64,000 nucleotides of DNA from Candidatus Bathyarchaeota archaeon. Its GTDB lineage: Archaea; Thermoproteota; Bathyarchaeia; Bathyarchaeales; Bathycorpusculaceae. Position numbers and translations under genes: made by a program. Positions 25,450 through 34,506 of the stretch are shown here, in pieces. Positions within the stretch are counted from its first letter, which is position 1; every line of letters starts with the position of its first letter. Where the stretch lies: positions 359,516-423,515 of the forward strand of contig CAWGZR010000010.1 in the NCBI GenBank assembly GCA_963827165.1, written 5' to 3'. The notes under the pieces were generated by a model. The model worked only from the letters and a program-made list of their open reading frames with translations. It was not told the origin of the DNA and did not search any database.

Positions 25450-26295
25450 TTAACTTTTCAGGGTTGCTTGAATTTTTTCAACGATTTGCATGAAAGCCTT
25501 CGTCGCTGCCGAATCCTTCTGAGCCACAATAAACGGCTCGCCCTTATCTGAGTCTACCCCAATCTTTGGATCAATCGGGATGCTCCCGAGAAAAACTACG
25601 CCCATCTCTTTGGACATTTTTTCGCCGCCGCCTGACCTGAAAATCTCGGTTTTTGTCCCGCAATGAGGGCAGATAAAGCCGCTCATGTTTTCGACAACCC
25701 CAATAATAGGCATATTTAGCCGTTCGGCAAATGTGATAGCTTTCTTAACTACGCTACTTGACAGCCCAGTTGGCATTGTTACGATGACTACCCCGTCCAT
25801 TTCAGGAAGCAACTGCGCCACGCTTAGCGGTTCGTCGCCCGTTCCAGGCGGCAAATCGATAAATAGAAAATCAAGCTCACCCCAAACGATTTCCTCCAAA
25901 AACTGCCTAATCGCACGCATCTTCAGCGGTCCACGCCAAATTGTGGGCGCTTCCTCAGGCAGAAAGAAATCGATTGACATAACCCTGATGCCGAGCGGAC
26001 CCTCAACTGGGAAAGCGCCAGGGGGACCATACTTGACATGCTTACCCTCCAGCCCTAAAAGCTTAGGCACGCTTGGCCCATGAATATCTGCATCTAAAAT
26101 CCCAACCCGAAATCCCTTAGCTGCAAACGCAGTTGCAAGATTGACGGTTACGGTGCTTTTTCCAACCCCACCTTTTCCGCTGATGATAGCGATTTTATGT
26201 TTAATTTTTCCCATCCGCTCCTTCAACTTCTGCTGCTGCGCGGTTTGCTGCTGCTTGTAAGCTTCAAGCTGAGCCATGTTTCTCTCTAAAGCCAT
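25450..26295 (-). CDS. apbC: Mrp/NBP35 Fe-S cluster carrier ATPase (ApbC)
   Basis: SGKGGVGKST, DADIHGPS, WRGP, DLPPGTGD, ENMSGFICPHC. Confidence 0.95.
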   Translation of the reverse strand: MALERNMAQLEAYKQQQTAQQQKLKERMGKIKHKIAIISGKGGVGKSTVTVNLATAFAAKGFRVGILDADIHGPSVPKLLGLEGKHVKYGPPGAFPVEGPLGIRVMSIDFFLPEEAPTIWRGPLKMRAIRQFLEEIVWGELDFLFIDLPPGTGDEPLSVAQLLPEMDGVVIVTMPTGLSSSVVKKAITFAERLNMPIIGVVENMSGFICPHCGTKTEIFRSGGGEKMSKEMGVVFLGSIPIDPKIGVDSDKGEPFIVAQKDSAATKAFMQIVEKIQATLKS

Positions 26296-26647
26296 AAAAT
26301 ACCAGTCCTGAAATCTTGTTAAGGTTTGATTCTTAAGTAAACTAAAATAGTTTCCGCTCACTCAATACTGTTAAGTTATTTGATCCAACAAAAAAACCGC
26401 CAGACCCACGCGCAGTATCAAACGTTAATAATGAGGTCTAAGTAAATCAAATCATTGTCGGCGTGAGGGAAAACTGGCATTAGTGAGACCTTGCAAGCAA
26501 CTCCAACAGACAATCGCTTGCTAGCACTCTTTTGTCAGTTTCAAGTTGTTCTAAAAATTGGGAAGAGATATTCAGATACGCTACAAACAATAATTATGAC
26601 TTGGTTATCTGCCAAGGATATTTAGGGAAAAGGAGGACAGACATAAA

Positions 26648-26799
26648 ATGCCAAAGAACCGAACAAAAAAGAACTTTCGGAGGAGGTTGACCTACTAGAC
26701 AACATCCTTTCAAGTTTAGTCGATGTTCTGGAAGAAAAAGGTGTCCTGACTCATACTGAATGGGAAAGGAAAACAAAAGAAACCATAGGAGTTACTTAA
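26648..26799 (+). CDS. Small hypothetical protein, probably frameshifted
   Basis: RBS aggagg + ATG; downstream frame reads 'ELSEEVDLLDNILSSLVDVLEEKGVLTHTEWE'. Confidence 0.3.
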
Positions 26800-27893
26800 C
26801 CAACCTTCTTTGCAATAGACTCCAGACGGCTAACCGATTCTTGATTTACGGCTTGCTTTGTTGATAAATACTTCTTCATTTTTTCAACACCAACTAACCT
26901 TTGGATTTTTTCTGCCTCCCTCTGTTGCTCCATTCTATTGAACTTTCTAACTGTGTTGAAGTTCATTTTATGACCAAATATAGGTTCCAAAGATGGGTAG
27001 GGTCTTATATCATACGAATATTTGTCTCTTGAAAAAACCTTTGCCTTTGGAATTGGTTTGTCGTCTTCTTCGCCGCCACTTTTTCCCCCTCTACTCTTGA
27101 AGGTAGAACCCAACACATCAACATAGGCAAAGACGCCTAGGAAGTCGTCGGATGTTACTTGGGACACCTCAAAAGAGGAGGGAACGCCTGCATTGAAGGC
27201 GAAAATAACAGTTTTGTCCAAAGCAACTGTTTCTTTGACTCTTGAAAGAACACGAGTAAAGTCATCTTCATATTCCATTATATCCCTAAAACCGCAATCG
27301 ATTGCGAATGAGCGTATTCCTTCAGAGCAATAGAAATCAACAATTGGCTTAGTAAATTTCCAAGGCAAAAATGGAATCATACCTACAATCTGTTTACCAT
27401 TCCGATTTTTTGTTTCTTCAATTATAGTTTTCATCATTCTCTTGTAAGTTTCAATTTTTTCGGGGCTTATGCTTTCTGTCCTATGATTTGGTTTTATCTC
27501 CATCAAAAGTTTTTTCCTTATAGTTGGTAGAAATATTACTTGGTCGCTTGCTCCATGCAAGGCATGAGCAATTGTCTTAAGGCTTTCAGTTGTTGGAAAG
27601 TCCTTAGTGTACTTGAAATCAAAAAGTGTCAAATTTAGTTTATTGGGAGCCCACTCATCCTTAACCGAGTCAACGTACGTTTTTATGTACCTACTATCCA
27701 GAGAGTTAACAACTTTGTCGTCTATGTGTTTGACGATTTCGTGAACCTTTATTTCAGGGTCGACCCTGTTTGCTTTCTGGGAGACAATAGGCGTGTCAAC
27801 ACAAAATGAGTTGCTGTCACAGGTTATTTCTTTCTTGAACAGTCCTAATTCGTCATCTCGGGTACTTTTATCGATTTTAAATATTTGTCCCAT
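26796..27893 (-). CDS. Uncharacterised protein, possible divergent tRNA/DNA-guanine transglycosylase-like TIM barrel
   Basis: 365 aa AT-rich ORF; N-terminal 'FKI..D..G......DTP' pattern and alternating beta/alpha segments; fold is an inference. Confidence 0.5.
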   Translation of the reverse strand: MGQIFKIDKSTRDDELGLFKKEITCDSNSFCVDTPIVSQKANRVDPEIKVHEIVKHIDDKVVNSLDSRYIKTYVDSVKDEWAPNKLNLTLFDFKYTKDFPTTESLKTIAHALHGASDQVIFLPTIRKKLLMEIKPNHRTESISPEKIETYKRMMKTIIEETKNRNGKQIVGMIPFLPWKFTKPIVDFYCSEGIRSFAIDCGFRDIMEYEDDFTRVLSRVKETVALDKTVIFAFNAGVPSSFEVSQVTSDDFLGVFAYVDVLGSTFKSRGGKSGGEEDDKPIPKAKVFSRDKYSYDIRPYPSLEPIFGHKMNFNTVRKFNRMEQQREAEKIQRLVGVEKMKKYLSTKQAVNQESVSRLESIAKKVG

Positions 27894-27927
27894 AGCTATT
27901 TAATCAGGTTCTTGTCTTTTTAAAACT

Positions 27928-28491
27928 ATGTCCTACCTTGAGGATTACGGTCTGACTTCCCCATCAAGAAAGTACTCGCTCTTAGTATTAGCACTGAAAG
28001 ACCATAAGAATTGCAAAGAAATAGACATAATTCACATACAAAAAATCATCCGTTATTTTGAGTATCTAAAAAGGACTTCAGAAATCAAATACTCTTATTT
28101 CAAATACGGCGTTGTTTCTCACGAACTTGCAGAGAACCTTAACACCCTTCAAGAATCTGGCTTAATAGATAAAGACCATGATACTTATTCCCTAACGGAA
28201 GAAGGTCAAGAAATAGCTGAAAAGATGCTAAACAGCCTTGAAAAGGGCGAGTTAGAAAAACTCACGTTTGCAAAACAACAACTTAACGACTTAACCGTTG
28301 ACGAATTGATGTATTTTATGTACCGCCTTATCCCCGAGTCAGTTGTTAACTCAATAGAATACCCACGACTAGAGAAGAAGAAAGTGACATTGGTCCAGAG
28401 TCTATTTTTGAAAGGCAGAATAAATTCAGGAACCGCCGCTAAATGGCTTGATACGAGAGAGAAAGATTTCATTGACAGTCTTTGCAAGTAA
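27928..28491 (+). CDS. Putative antitoxin, SocA/DUF4065 (Panacea)-like winged helix with UPF0175-like tail
   Basis: 'IHIQKIIRYF...YFKYGVVSHEL.E.L..L...GLI...YSLTEEG'; C-terminal 'GRINSGTAAKWL'. Confidence 0.55.
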   Translation: MSYLEDYGLTSPSRKYSLLVLALKDHKNCKEIDIIHIQKIIRYFEYLKRTSEIKYSYFKYGVVSHELAENLNTLQESGLIDKDHDTYSLTEEGQEIAEKMLNSLEKGELEKLTFAKQQLNDLTVDELMYFMYRLIPESVVNSIEYPRLEKKKVTLVQSLFLKGRINSGTAAKWLDTREKDFIDSLCK

Positions 28492-28996
28492 GCCAAGGTA
28501 CATCTTTGATACATCCCCTTCTATAATGCTTCTTGAAAAGTGTCAACTGTATGCGCAATTGAAATCGTTCTCAAAAATTTACACCGTGTTAGCACCAACC
28601 CGTGTAATGGAAGAATATTCTGTGGGGGATAGAGAAAATCCTAAGCCAGATATTGAGTTATTCAAACAGGTTTTCAATCCTATCGCTGTCAAGGCAGATG
28701 CTGATTTGCTGCCCTATTTCTTCAATGAATCAACAAGCGGAGAGTTCTGGGTTATTTCTTACGCTCGACAAAATCCAGAGTTTACATGTGTGATAGACGA
28801 AATGTTCGGTAGAAGTATTTGTGAGAACTTGGGGCTAAAAGTAACAGGAACCATCGGAATTATCAAAGAACTGAAAAGCGGCGGTTTACTAACTTCAGAT
28901 GATTTGAAAGTTATTCGCATCGCAATTAAAAATTCTCGATTTTATCTCTCCCGTAAATTATTAAACGAACTCGATGATATCTGTGGTTCTCCTTAA
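28448..28996 (+). CDS. DUF3368-type PIN-domain nuclease
   Basis: 'IFDTS', 'VMEE', 'SGEFWVI', 'IDE..GR', 'VTGTIG'; overlaps upstream gene; start uncertain. Confidence 0.8.
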   Translation: MIRERKISLTVFASKPRYIFDTSPSIMLLEKCQLYAQLKSFSKIYTVLAPTRVMEEYSVGDRENPKPDIELFKQVFNPIAVKADADLLPYFFNESTSGEFWVISYARQNPEFTCVIDEMFGRSICENLGLKVTGTIGIIKELKSGGLLTSDDLKVIRIAIKNSRFYLSRKLLNELDDICGSP

Positions 28997-29159
28997 ATTT
29001 CCTTAAAACAAGATAGGCCAAACAACTCAAGTTTCCGCTCCCCCCCCCCCAATCTTATACAAAAAGTTCGAAAACTAATAGTTTTTTAGCAATCGGAAGT
29101 GTTAGTTGTCGAGCCTCAAAATGAGGGCAAGGGGAATTTTTGAACAATTTGAAAATTAT

Positions 29160-29408
29160 TTAGTAAATTACGAATGTATCATCCAATTTCTCTATTTTCA
29201 AGTTACGTTTTTCGGCTATTTTTGCGATAATTTTAATTTGACTTTCATCTAACGCATGCGTTATTTTTATGACATGGTCATCAGGAGACTTGGACAGTTT
29301 TGGTTCTGGACCGATAATGATGCTATCTATGGGAATAACCTTGTCAAGTGCAACAATAATTTCATAAGCAGTGAAAAGAGCTACCTTTTTCTCCAAAAAC
29401 TTCCCCAC
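29160..29408 (-). CDS. Small hypothetical protein
   Basis: 82 aa ORF with protein-like composition. Confidence 0.45.
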   Translation of the reverse strand: MGKFLEKKVALFTAYEIIVALDKVIPIDSIIIGPEPKLSKSPDDHVIKITHALDESQIKIIAKIAEKRNLKIEKLDDTFVIY

Positions 29409-30096
29409 ACATTATCTCATATTGAAGACGACGACAGAAAGATCGGCCCATTTCACCTAAAGACCAATAGGTTATCCCATCTTCTAGAAACCTGCACTAA
29501 AGATTCAGAACGATGTTTCAGTGTTTCAATTCTTTCCCCTCGGCTTATGCCCAGACAATGGAATATCACTAGTTTTCCCGTAGAACAAAGAAAGAACTCT
29601 GTTTGCCGCTCTTGAGCTAATAATTGTTTAGGCAATATCGTCATAGCTTGAAGAATTAAACTATGTACGTATTTGAAACCTTTCAATATAGAATATTGAG
29701 AACTAGTTTGCCAAAACTATGTTTGGACGTTTAATTCGCCATCGGACCGTATTAGCCAGTGCGGGCGCAAGCATTGTAAACGCATCAACATTATTTAAGA
29801 TTTTTTATGGCCCAAGAATGCGGCTAATAAAGCATCGATTCAAGAAAACGTACGAAAACAAAAGTCCACACGCAATCGAAAAAAGTGAAGTTAAAGAAGC
29901 GACAACTCCGCTCTCTTTAATAAACTAAATTGCCCGATGAAACGATGAGCGGAAAAGCATGGAGTGCTGAAACAGAAGCTGCAGTGGAGACGCAATGGAC
30001 TCAATAATTCATCTATATACGCCTACAGAACTATGGAAAACCTCGTAGAAAAGCGTTATTAGCCCTTGTACGTTTACAGGGGACTCGGAGAAGCAG

Positions 30097-30303
30097 ATGA
30101 AAAGAACGGAGGCGGTAGCCCTATTGAAGGAATTAGGTGCTGAGCAATTAATACAGCCATCTCTAGTTCTAATCCAGCAAAGCCCAGATGGTTATCAATT
30201 GCAGATTAAAGGTAACTATAACTTTCAAGAAATTGAGACATTCGTCAAGGACAGGTTCTTTTTGGAAGAGAACAAAGGCTATTTAATTTTTAACAAGCCA
30301 TGA
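30097..30303 (+). CDS. Small hypothetical protein
   Basis: 68 aa ORF, RBS ggagaag; layout similar to 29160..29408. Confidence 0.55.
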   Translation: MKRTEAVALLKELGAEQLIQPSLVLIQQSPDGYQLQIKGNYNFQEIETFVKDRFFLEENKGYLIFNKP

Positions 30304-30885
30304 AGAATCTCAACCTGTAGCTCGCTAAGAACGCAGTTATTTCACCTGAAATCTGGCAGTGAATCCGCAGATTCTTATCAAGGTCTGGTTTCTAAATAGT
30401 CCTAATGCAACTACTTACACAAGAACTAAGTGTAAATTAAGAACAGTGATTCTTAGAAAGGAGAGGCTTTGAGACTGGGGACCATAGCAAATCGACTATG
30501 ACTCCCCTTACTCAGGTTATTCTATATATTCTATTTTGAAAACGAAAATAACAGATAATTATCCTAAAGTCACAAGTTTCTTATAACAAAACAAACAACT
30601 ACATCAAAAGATAAGATGACGTTAGAGGTTGAAAACTTACCAAACAAGTCTACTAGAAATTTTTCCGTTTTCGAAGCCTTCTCCTTTCTCCTCGAATGCG
30701 GATTGACTGTTTGGAAAGCCAACAAACGATGAAAACGCCGCTTTTCTAATTAACAGAAGTTTAATCGAGATGCTAGGACCCATGGAATCTGCAGTGGTTA
30801 ATTTACCGATTGGGAACCCGAAGGAAAGTTAAAGAATAGTTTACTGTATCTTTATTCAAGATAAGGCTAAACTGGTTCCTCAGAG

Positions 30886-31865
30886 ATGAAAAGAATGGTT
30901 ATTCTCGAAGACATCATTCAGGCACAAAAGAACATAGCGTCCTACGCAAAGGTAACACCGCTTATTCAATCAAAGTTTGCAAGCGAACTTATACATGGGA
31001 ACGTTTTTCTGAAGCTTGAAAACCAGCAGGTAACGAATTCGTTTAAAATCCGCGGCGTAATCAACAAGCTTTTGAGTTTGTCGGCTGAGGAAAAAGCCAA
31101 AGGCGTAGTTACGGCTTCAGCGGGCAATCATGGTAAAGCAGTCGCTTACGGTGCTCAAAAGCTGGGTTTCCAAGCTAAAATCGTTGTGCCAACCCGTGCG
31201 CCGCGAGTTAAGGTCGATGGGATAAGACAGTTCGGTGCGGAGCTCGTTCTGTACGGCGACACTTATGATCAAGCTGAGAAGAAAGCAAAGCAACTTGCGG
31301 CTCAGGAAGGCCGCCTCTTCATTTCACCGTACAATGATGAGAAGATTGTTGCTGGACACGGAACAGCCGGGCTTGAAATCCTAAAGGAACAACCAAATAT
31401 GGATATGGTCATTGTTCCTGTTGGGGGAGGCGGATTAATCGGAGGCATCGCTATCGCTGTCAAAACTCAGAAACCAACTGTGCGGATCATCGGGGTTCAA
31501 TCGTCGGCTTCACCCGTAATGTACGAATCGTTGAAAGCAGGCAAAATCGTTCCACCTCACCGACATGAACGCTACACTATTGCTGAAGGATTAGTAGGAG
31601 CCGTTGAGAAGGGATCAATCACGTTTGATATCGCTAAACAATACGTTGACGAATTGATGCTGGCAAGGGAAGAGTCAATCAGGGAGGCAGTTTACTTAAT
31701 TTGGAAAAACGAAAAACAAGTGGTGGAGGGCTCAGGTGCAGCTGGGGTTGCGTTGCTCCTGGAAAACAAAGATCAATTCGCAGGGGAAAACGGTTGCCGT
31801 TGTCATCAGCGGAGGGAATATTGACCGTTACTTGTTTGACGGCATCGTCGCCGGAGAAGAATGAG
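30886..31865 (+). CDS. ilvA: PLP-dependent threonine/serine dehydratase, short form without ACT domain; frameshift near the C-terminus
   Basis: FLKLEN.Q...SFKIRG, ASAGNHG, PVGGGGL, EGSGA; the 'VAVVISGGNID' end lies in another frame. Confidence 0.85.
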
Positions 31866-31869
31866 CAGG

Positions 31870-32373
31870 TCAGCCTAGTTTGTAACCGATTTTCCTAACG
31901 AATGCGCGTCTCTCCGCGATGTCAGCGTCTGTTTCTATGCCTCGGCTTTTTTGGCCATCAACAACCCCAATGATGCCTCTACCTTGGGAGGTTTCAGCAA
32001 TCAATACTTCCAGTGGATTAGCCGTAGCCGCAAAAACCGTGCAGACCTCGGGCACATGTTTGATTTTATCAAGAACGTTGAGTGGATAGGCGTTTTTTAG
32101 GTAAATTAAAAAGCTGTGGCCGCAGCCTATTTCAAAGGCTTTCTCCGATGCCATTTTGCGCAGTTCAGCGTCGTTTCCTTCATACCTAACCAAGCAAGGT
32201 CCTGAACTCTCACAGAAGCCCAAACCAAACTGTATGTTGGGTACAGAATTAACGAGCGCTTCGTATAGGTCTTCCGCCGTTTTTATGAAGTGAGCCATGC
32301 CTAAGATAACGTTGCAGTCTTTAGGCGGGTCAATTTTAACGACTTTTAAGTCCAAACATAAACCTCCAAACAT
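31870..32373 (-). CDS. Adenosine-specific kinase family protein (DUF355)
   Basis: '[16 protein letters not shown]...FCESSGPCL...[12 protein letters not shown]...[10 protein letters not shown]...IGYK'. Confidence 0.9.
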   Translation of the reverse strand: MFGGLCLDLKVVKIDPPKDCNVILGMAHFIKTAEDLYEALVNSVPNIQFGLGFCESSGPCLVRYEGNDAELRKMASEKAFEIGCGHSFLIYLKNAYPLNVLDKIKHVPEVCTVFAATANPLEVLIAETSQGRGIIGVVDGQKSRGIETDADIAERRAFVRKIGYKLG

Positions 32374-32423
32374 AATAATTTAGTTATCAAGGAAATTAAT
32401 TTTTTGAAACTGCCGAGACATCG

Positions 32424-32712
32424 CTAAATGCTAATTACTTCCTCAAGGATGTGCTTGCCGATGTGGGGCTTAAGTGCCTTCTTGGAGACCAAATCAACCT
32501 TGACACCTAAAAGCCCCGTGAGGTACTCTTCTAAATCCATAAATTCAAATAAACCTACAGGCTCCTCAAATTCGACCAACACATCCACATCGCTTGTCTC
32601 TTTTTGTTCGCCTCGGACGTATGAACCGAAAACGCCAATGGTTTTCACTTTAAACTTCTCTCGCAATTCACCTTTATGTTGAAGGAGAACTGCGTTTTAT
32701 TCCTTGAACATC
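32424..32712 (-). CDS. Minimal nucleotidyltransferase (MNT); N-terminus interrupted
   Basis: 'GVFGSYVRGEQKETSDVDVLVEF...KVDLV'. Confidence 0.85.
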
Positions 32713-32865
32713 TTGCACACATAAAACACCATTACTTTTGATTTAAGCCTTTTGAAACCAAGTTAGATTTTTCCATTCATGATAAATTTTATATTTGTCA
32801 ATGCGTTGCCTAGAGAGACTCGTGCAAAACTTGTTTTTACCCATAGAAGTAGAAGTTGAAGATAA

Positions 32866-33012
32866 TTGTCAGGAAAAGAAATGTTTAAAGCAACTTGCGC
32901 CGAATGCAGTAAAGAATGCGAAGTCCCATTCAAACCCGACCCAACCAGACCAGTTTATTGCCGAGAACGCTTTGCTAAGAAACGAGTCGCAAGGCCAAAA
33001 CGACCCTATTAA
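32866..33012 (+). CDS. CxxC-x17-CxxC zinc-ribbon protein (not in ORF track)
   Basis: Translates as (M)SGKEMFKATCAECSKECEVPFKPDPTRPVYCRERFAKKRVARPKRPY*; fourth Cys replaced by Arg. Confidence 0.8.
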   Translation: MSGKEMFKATCAECSKECEVPFKPDPTRPVYCRERFAKKRVARPKRPY

Positions 33013-33144
33013 GTTAACTGCCTAACCAAAACAAACTTCTTAATTCAACATTTTTTAATTTTTTTCTGTTGTTTTTGTATCTAGGGGTTATATGCGGACA
33101 AAAGCTAAATATCATTGATTAGTTAATCCTTCGGGAAAGAGCAA

Positions 33145-33218
33145 GGGCTGGTAGTTCAGCTGGTATGAACGCTTGACTTGCACTCAAGAGGTCGGGGGTT
33201 CAAATCCCCCCCAGTCCA
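33145..33218 (+). tRNA. tRNA-Ala (UGC)
   Basis: Cloverleaf GGGCTGG/CCAGTCC with G3:U70, anticodon arm CTTGA-CT TGC AC-TCAAG, T-arm GGGGG TTCAAAT CCCCC. Confidence 0.97.
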
Positions 33219-33224
33219 CTTCAA
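33196..33224 (+). repeat. attL core (tRNA-Ala 3' end)
   Basis: gggttcaaatcccccccagtccacttcaa, identical to 47935-47963. Confidence 0.95.
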
Positions 33225-33275
33225 CATCGCCAACAACAAACCCCAGACTACTATAATATTTTTGATAAAGGTCGA

Positions 33276-34505
33276 TTACTTTCGTATTCTGAAGAGTTTG
33301 TTTTGGCCGAAATCGCAGACGTACTCGAAACCTGCCTCGATTAGTTTGCAGGCTTCTTCTTCTGAATGGGCAACTGTAGCTGTGAAGTCATCGTCTTTGA
33401 AGCTTATGAGTTGCGTGTAAAGCATGGTGTTGTTGAGGGATTTGTGGCCGAGGATTTCTTTGACGTGAAGGATATCTCTGGTTTTGCGGTATTCCATCGT
33501 TGCCTTCCAGTGACGGAAAGTGTGGAAGGTTATTTGTTTTATTCTTGAGTTTTTTAGTTTAGACGCTATGCGTTTGCGCTGTTGCTCAAAATTGTGTCTC
33601 ATCAGATCTGCGTTTACGCTGAAGACTGTTGAGGTTTCTTTTGGCATTTCGGCGAGCATATCTACAAGTTTTATTGATAGCGGCAGAATTCTTGGGTTGC
33701 TTCCTTTTTCAGGTGTTATTCTTACTGAACGTTGTTCTATGTCTATGTCTGTCCATTTTAGCAGTTCGCAAGCTTCGCCGCATCGCATGCCAGTTTCTTT
33801 AAGTAATTGGAGGAATGTGGCTATTCTTTTGCTGCAGCCAGCTATGAGTTGGTCTATTTCCATTTCTGTTGGGATGAAGGGTAGTTTTCTGACTCGTCTG
33901 CAGATTGGTGGAGTCCAAGTTTTTCCTTGCATTTTTAGTAGGCTATCGTAGGCGTCAACTGCATTTACTTTTCTGCTTGCGCTCCATTGTTGTTTTGAGA
34001 TGATTTCTTTTATTGAGTCTTCGTTGCTAAAGTCTGCTCCGAGTTTCATCAGTCGGTTTAACAGTTTTATTCGTCCTTTGATTGTTGCTTGAGAGTATCC
34101 TTGTTTTAGCAGCCAGAAGCTGAATTCAACGATGGCTCCTTTGTCATTTGTTGTTTGGCTTCTCCGCAGAACTTCGGTTGTTTGAGGTTCTGCTTCCAAA
34201 TTTTTCGTCTCCTTGACGCATATTTGGCTGATATTAGCTATACCTTCTGGGCTTTTTAACGACTTCGTATCAAAGATTTCAATTTCTTTCAAGTTGGCGG
34301 CGGCTTGCTCTGCTTTTTCTATGTCGTTTGGGTCTGAGAATCTGTATCCGCAGTCTCTGCAGTACCATCGTTGAATTTCATACCCAAAGCTATTTTGTCG
34401 TTTGGCATCTTTCCAAACTCTTTTTGATTTACACTGTGGGCATAGGGGGCTTATGCTCACGGAGATAGTGCAAGGAGGGCAAGAGAGCAGAATTTGATTT
34501 TCCAA
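33276..34505 (-). CDS. Tyrosine integrase with N-terminal zinc ribbon
   Basis: Catalytic R (TGMR), K (PEKG), HTFRH, LGH, TMLY; CPQC...CRDC; start uncertain. Confidence 0.95.
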   Translation of the reverse strand: MENQILLSCPPCTISVSISPLCPQCKSKRVWKDAKRQNSFGYEIQRWYCRDCGYRFSDPNDIEKAEQAAANLKEIEIFDTKSLKSPEGIANISQICVKETKNLEAEPQTTEVLRRSQTTNDKGAIVEFSFWLLKQGYSQATIKGRIKLLNRLMKLGADFSNEDSIKEIISKQQWSASRKVNAVDAYDSLLKMQGKTWTPPICRRVRKLPFIPTEMEIDQLIAGCSKRIATFLQLLKETGMRCGEACELLKWTDIDIEQRSVRITPEKGSNPRILPLSIKLVDMLAEMPKETSTVFSVNADLMRHNFEQQRKRIASKLKNSRIKQITFHTFRHWKATMEYRKTRDILHVKEILGHKSLNNTMLYTQLISFKDDDFTATVAHSEEEACKLIEAGFEYVCDFGQNKLFRIRK

Positions 34506-34506
34506 A

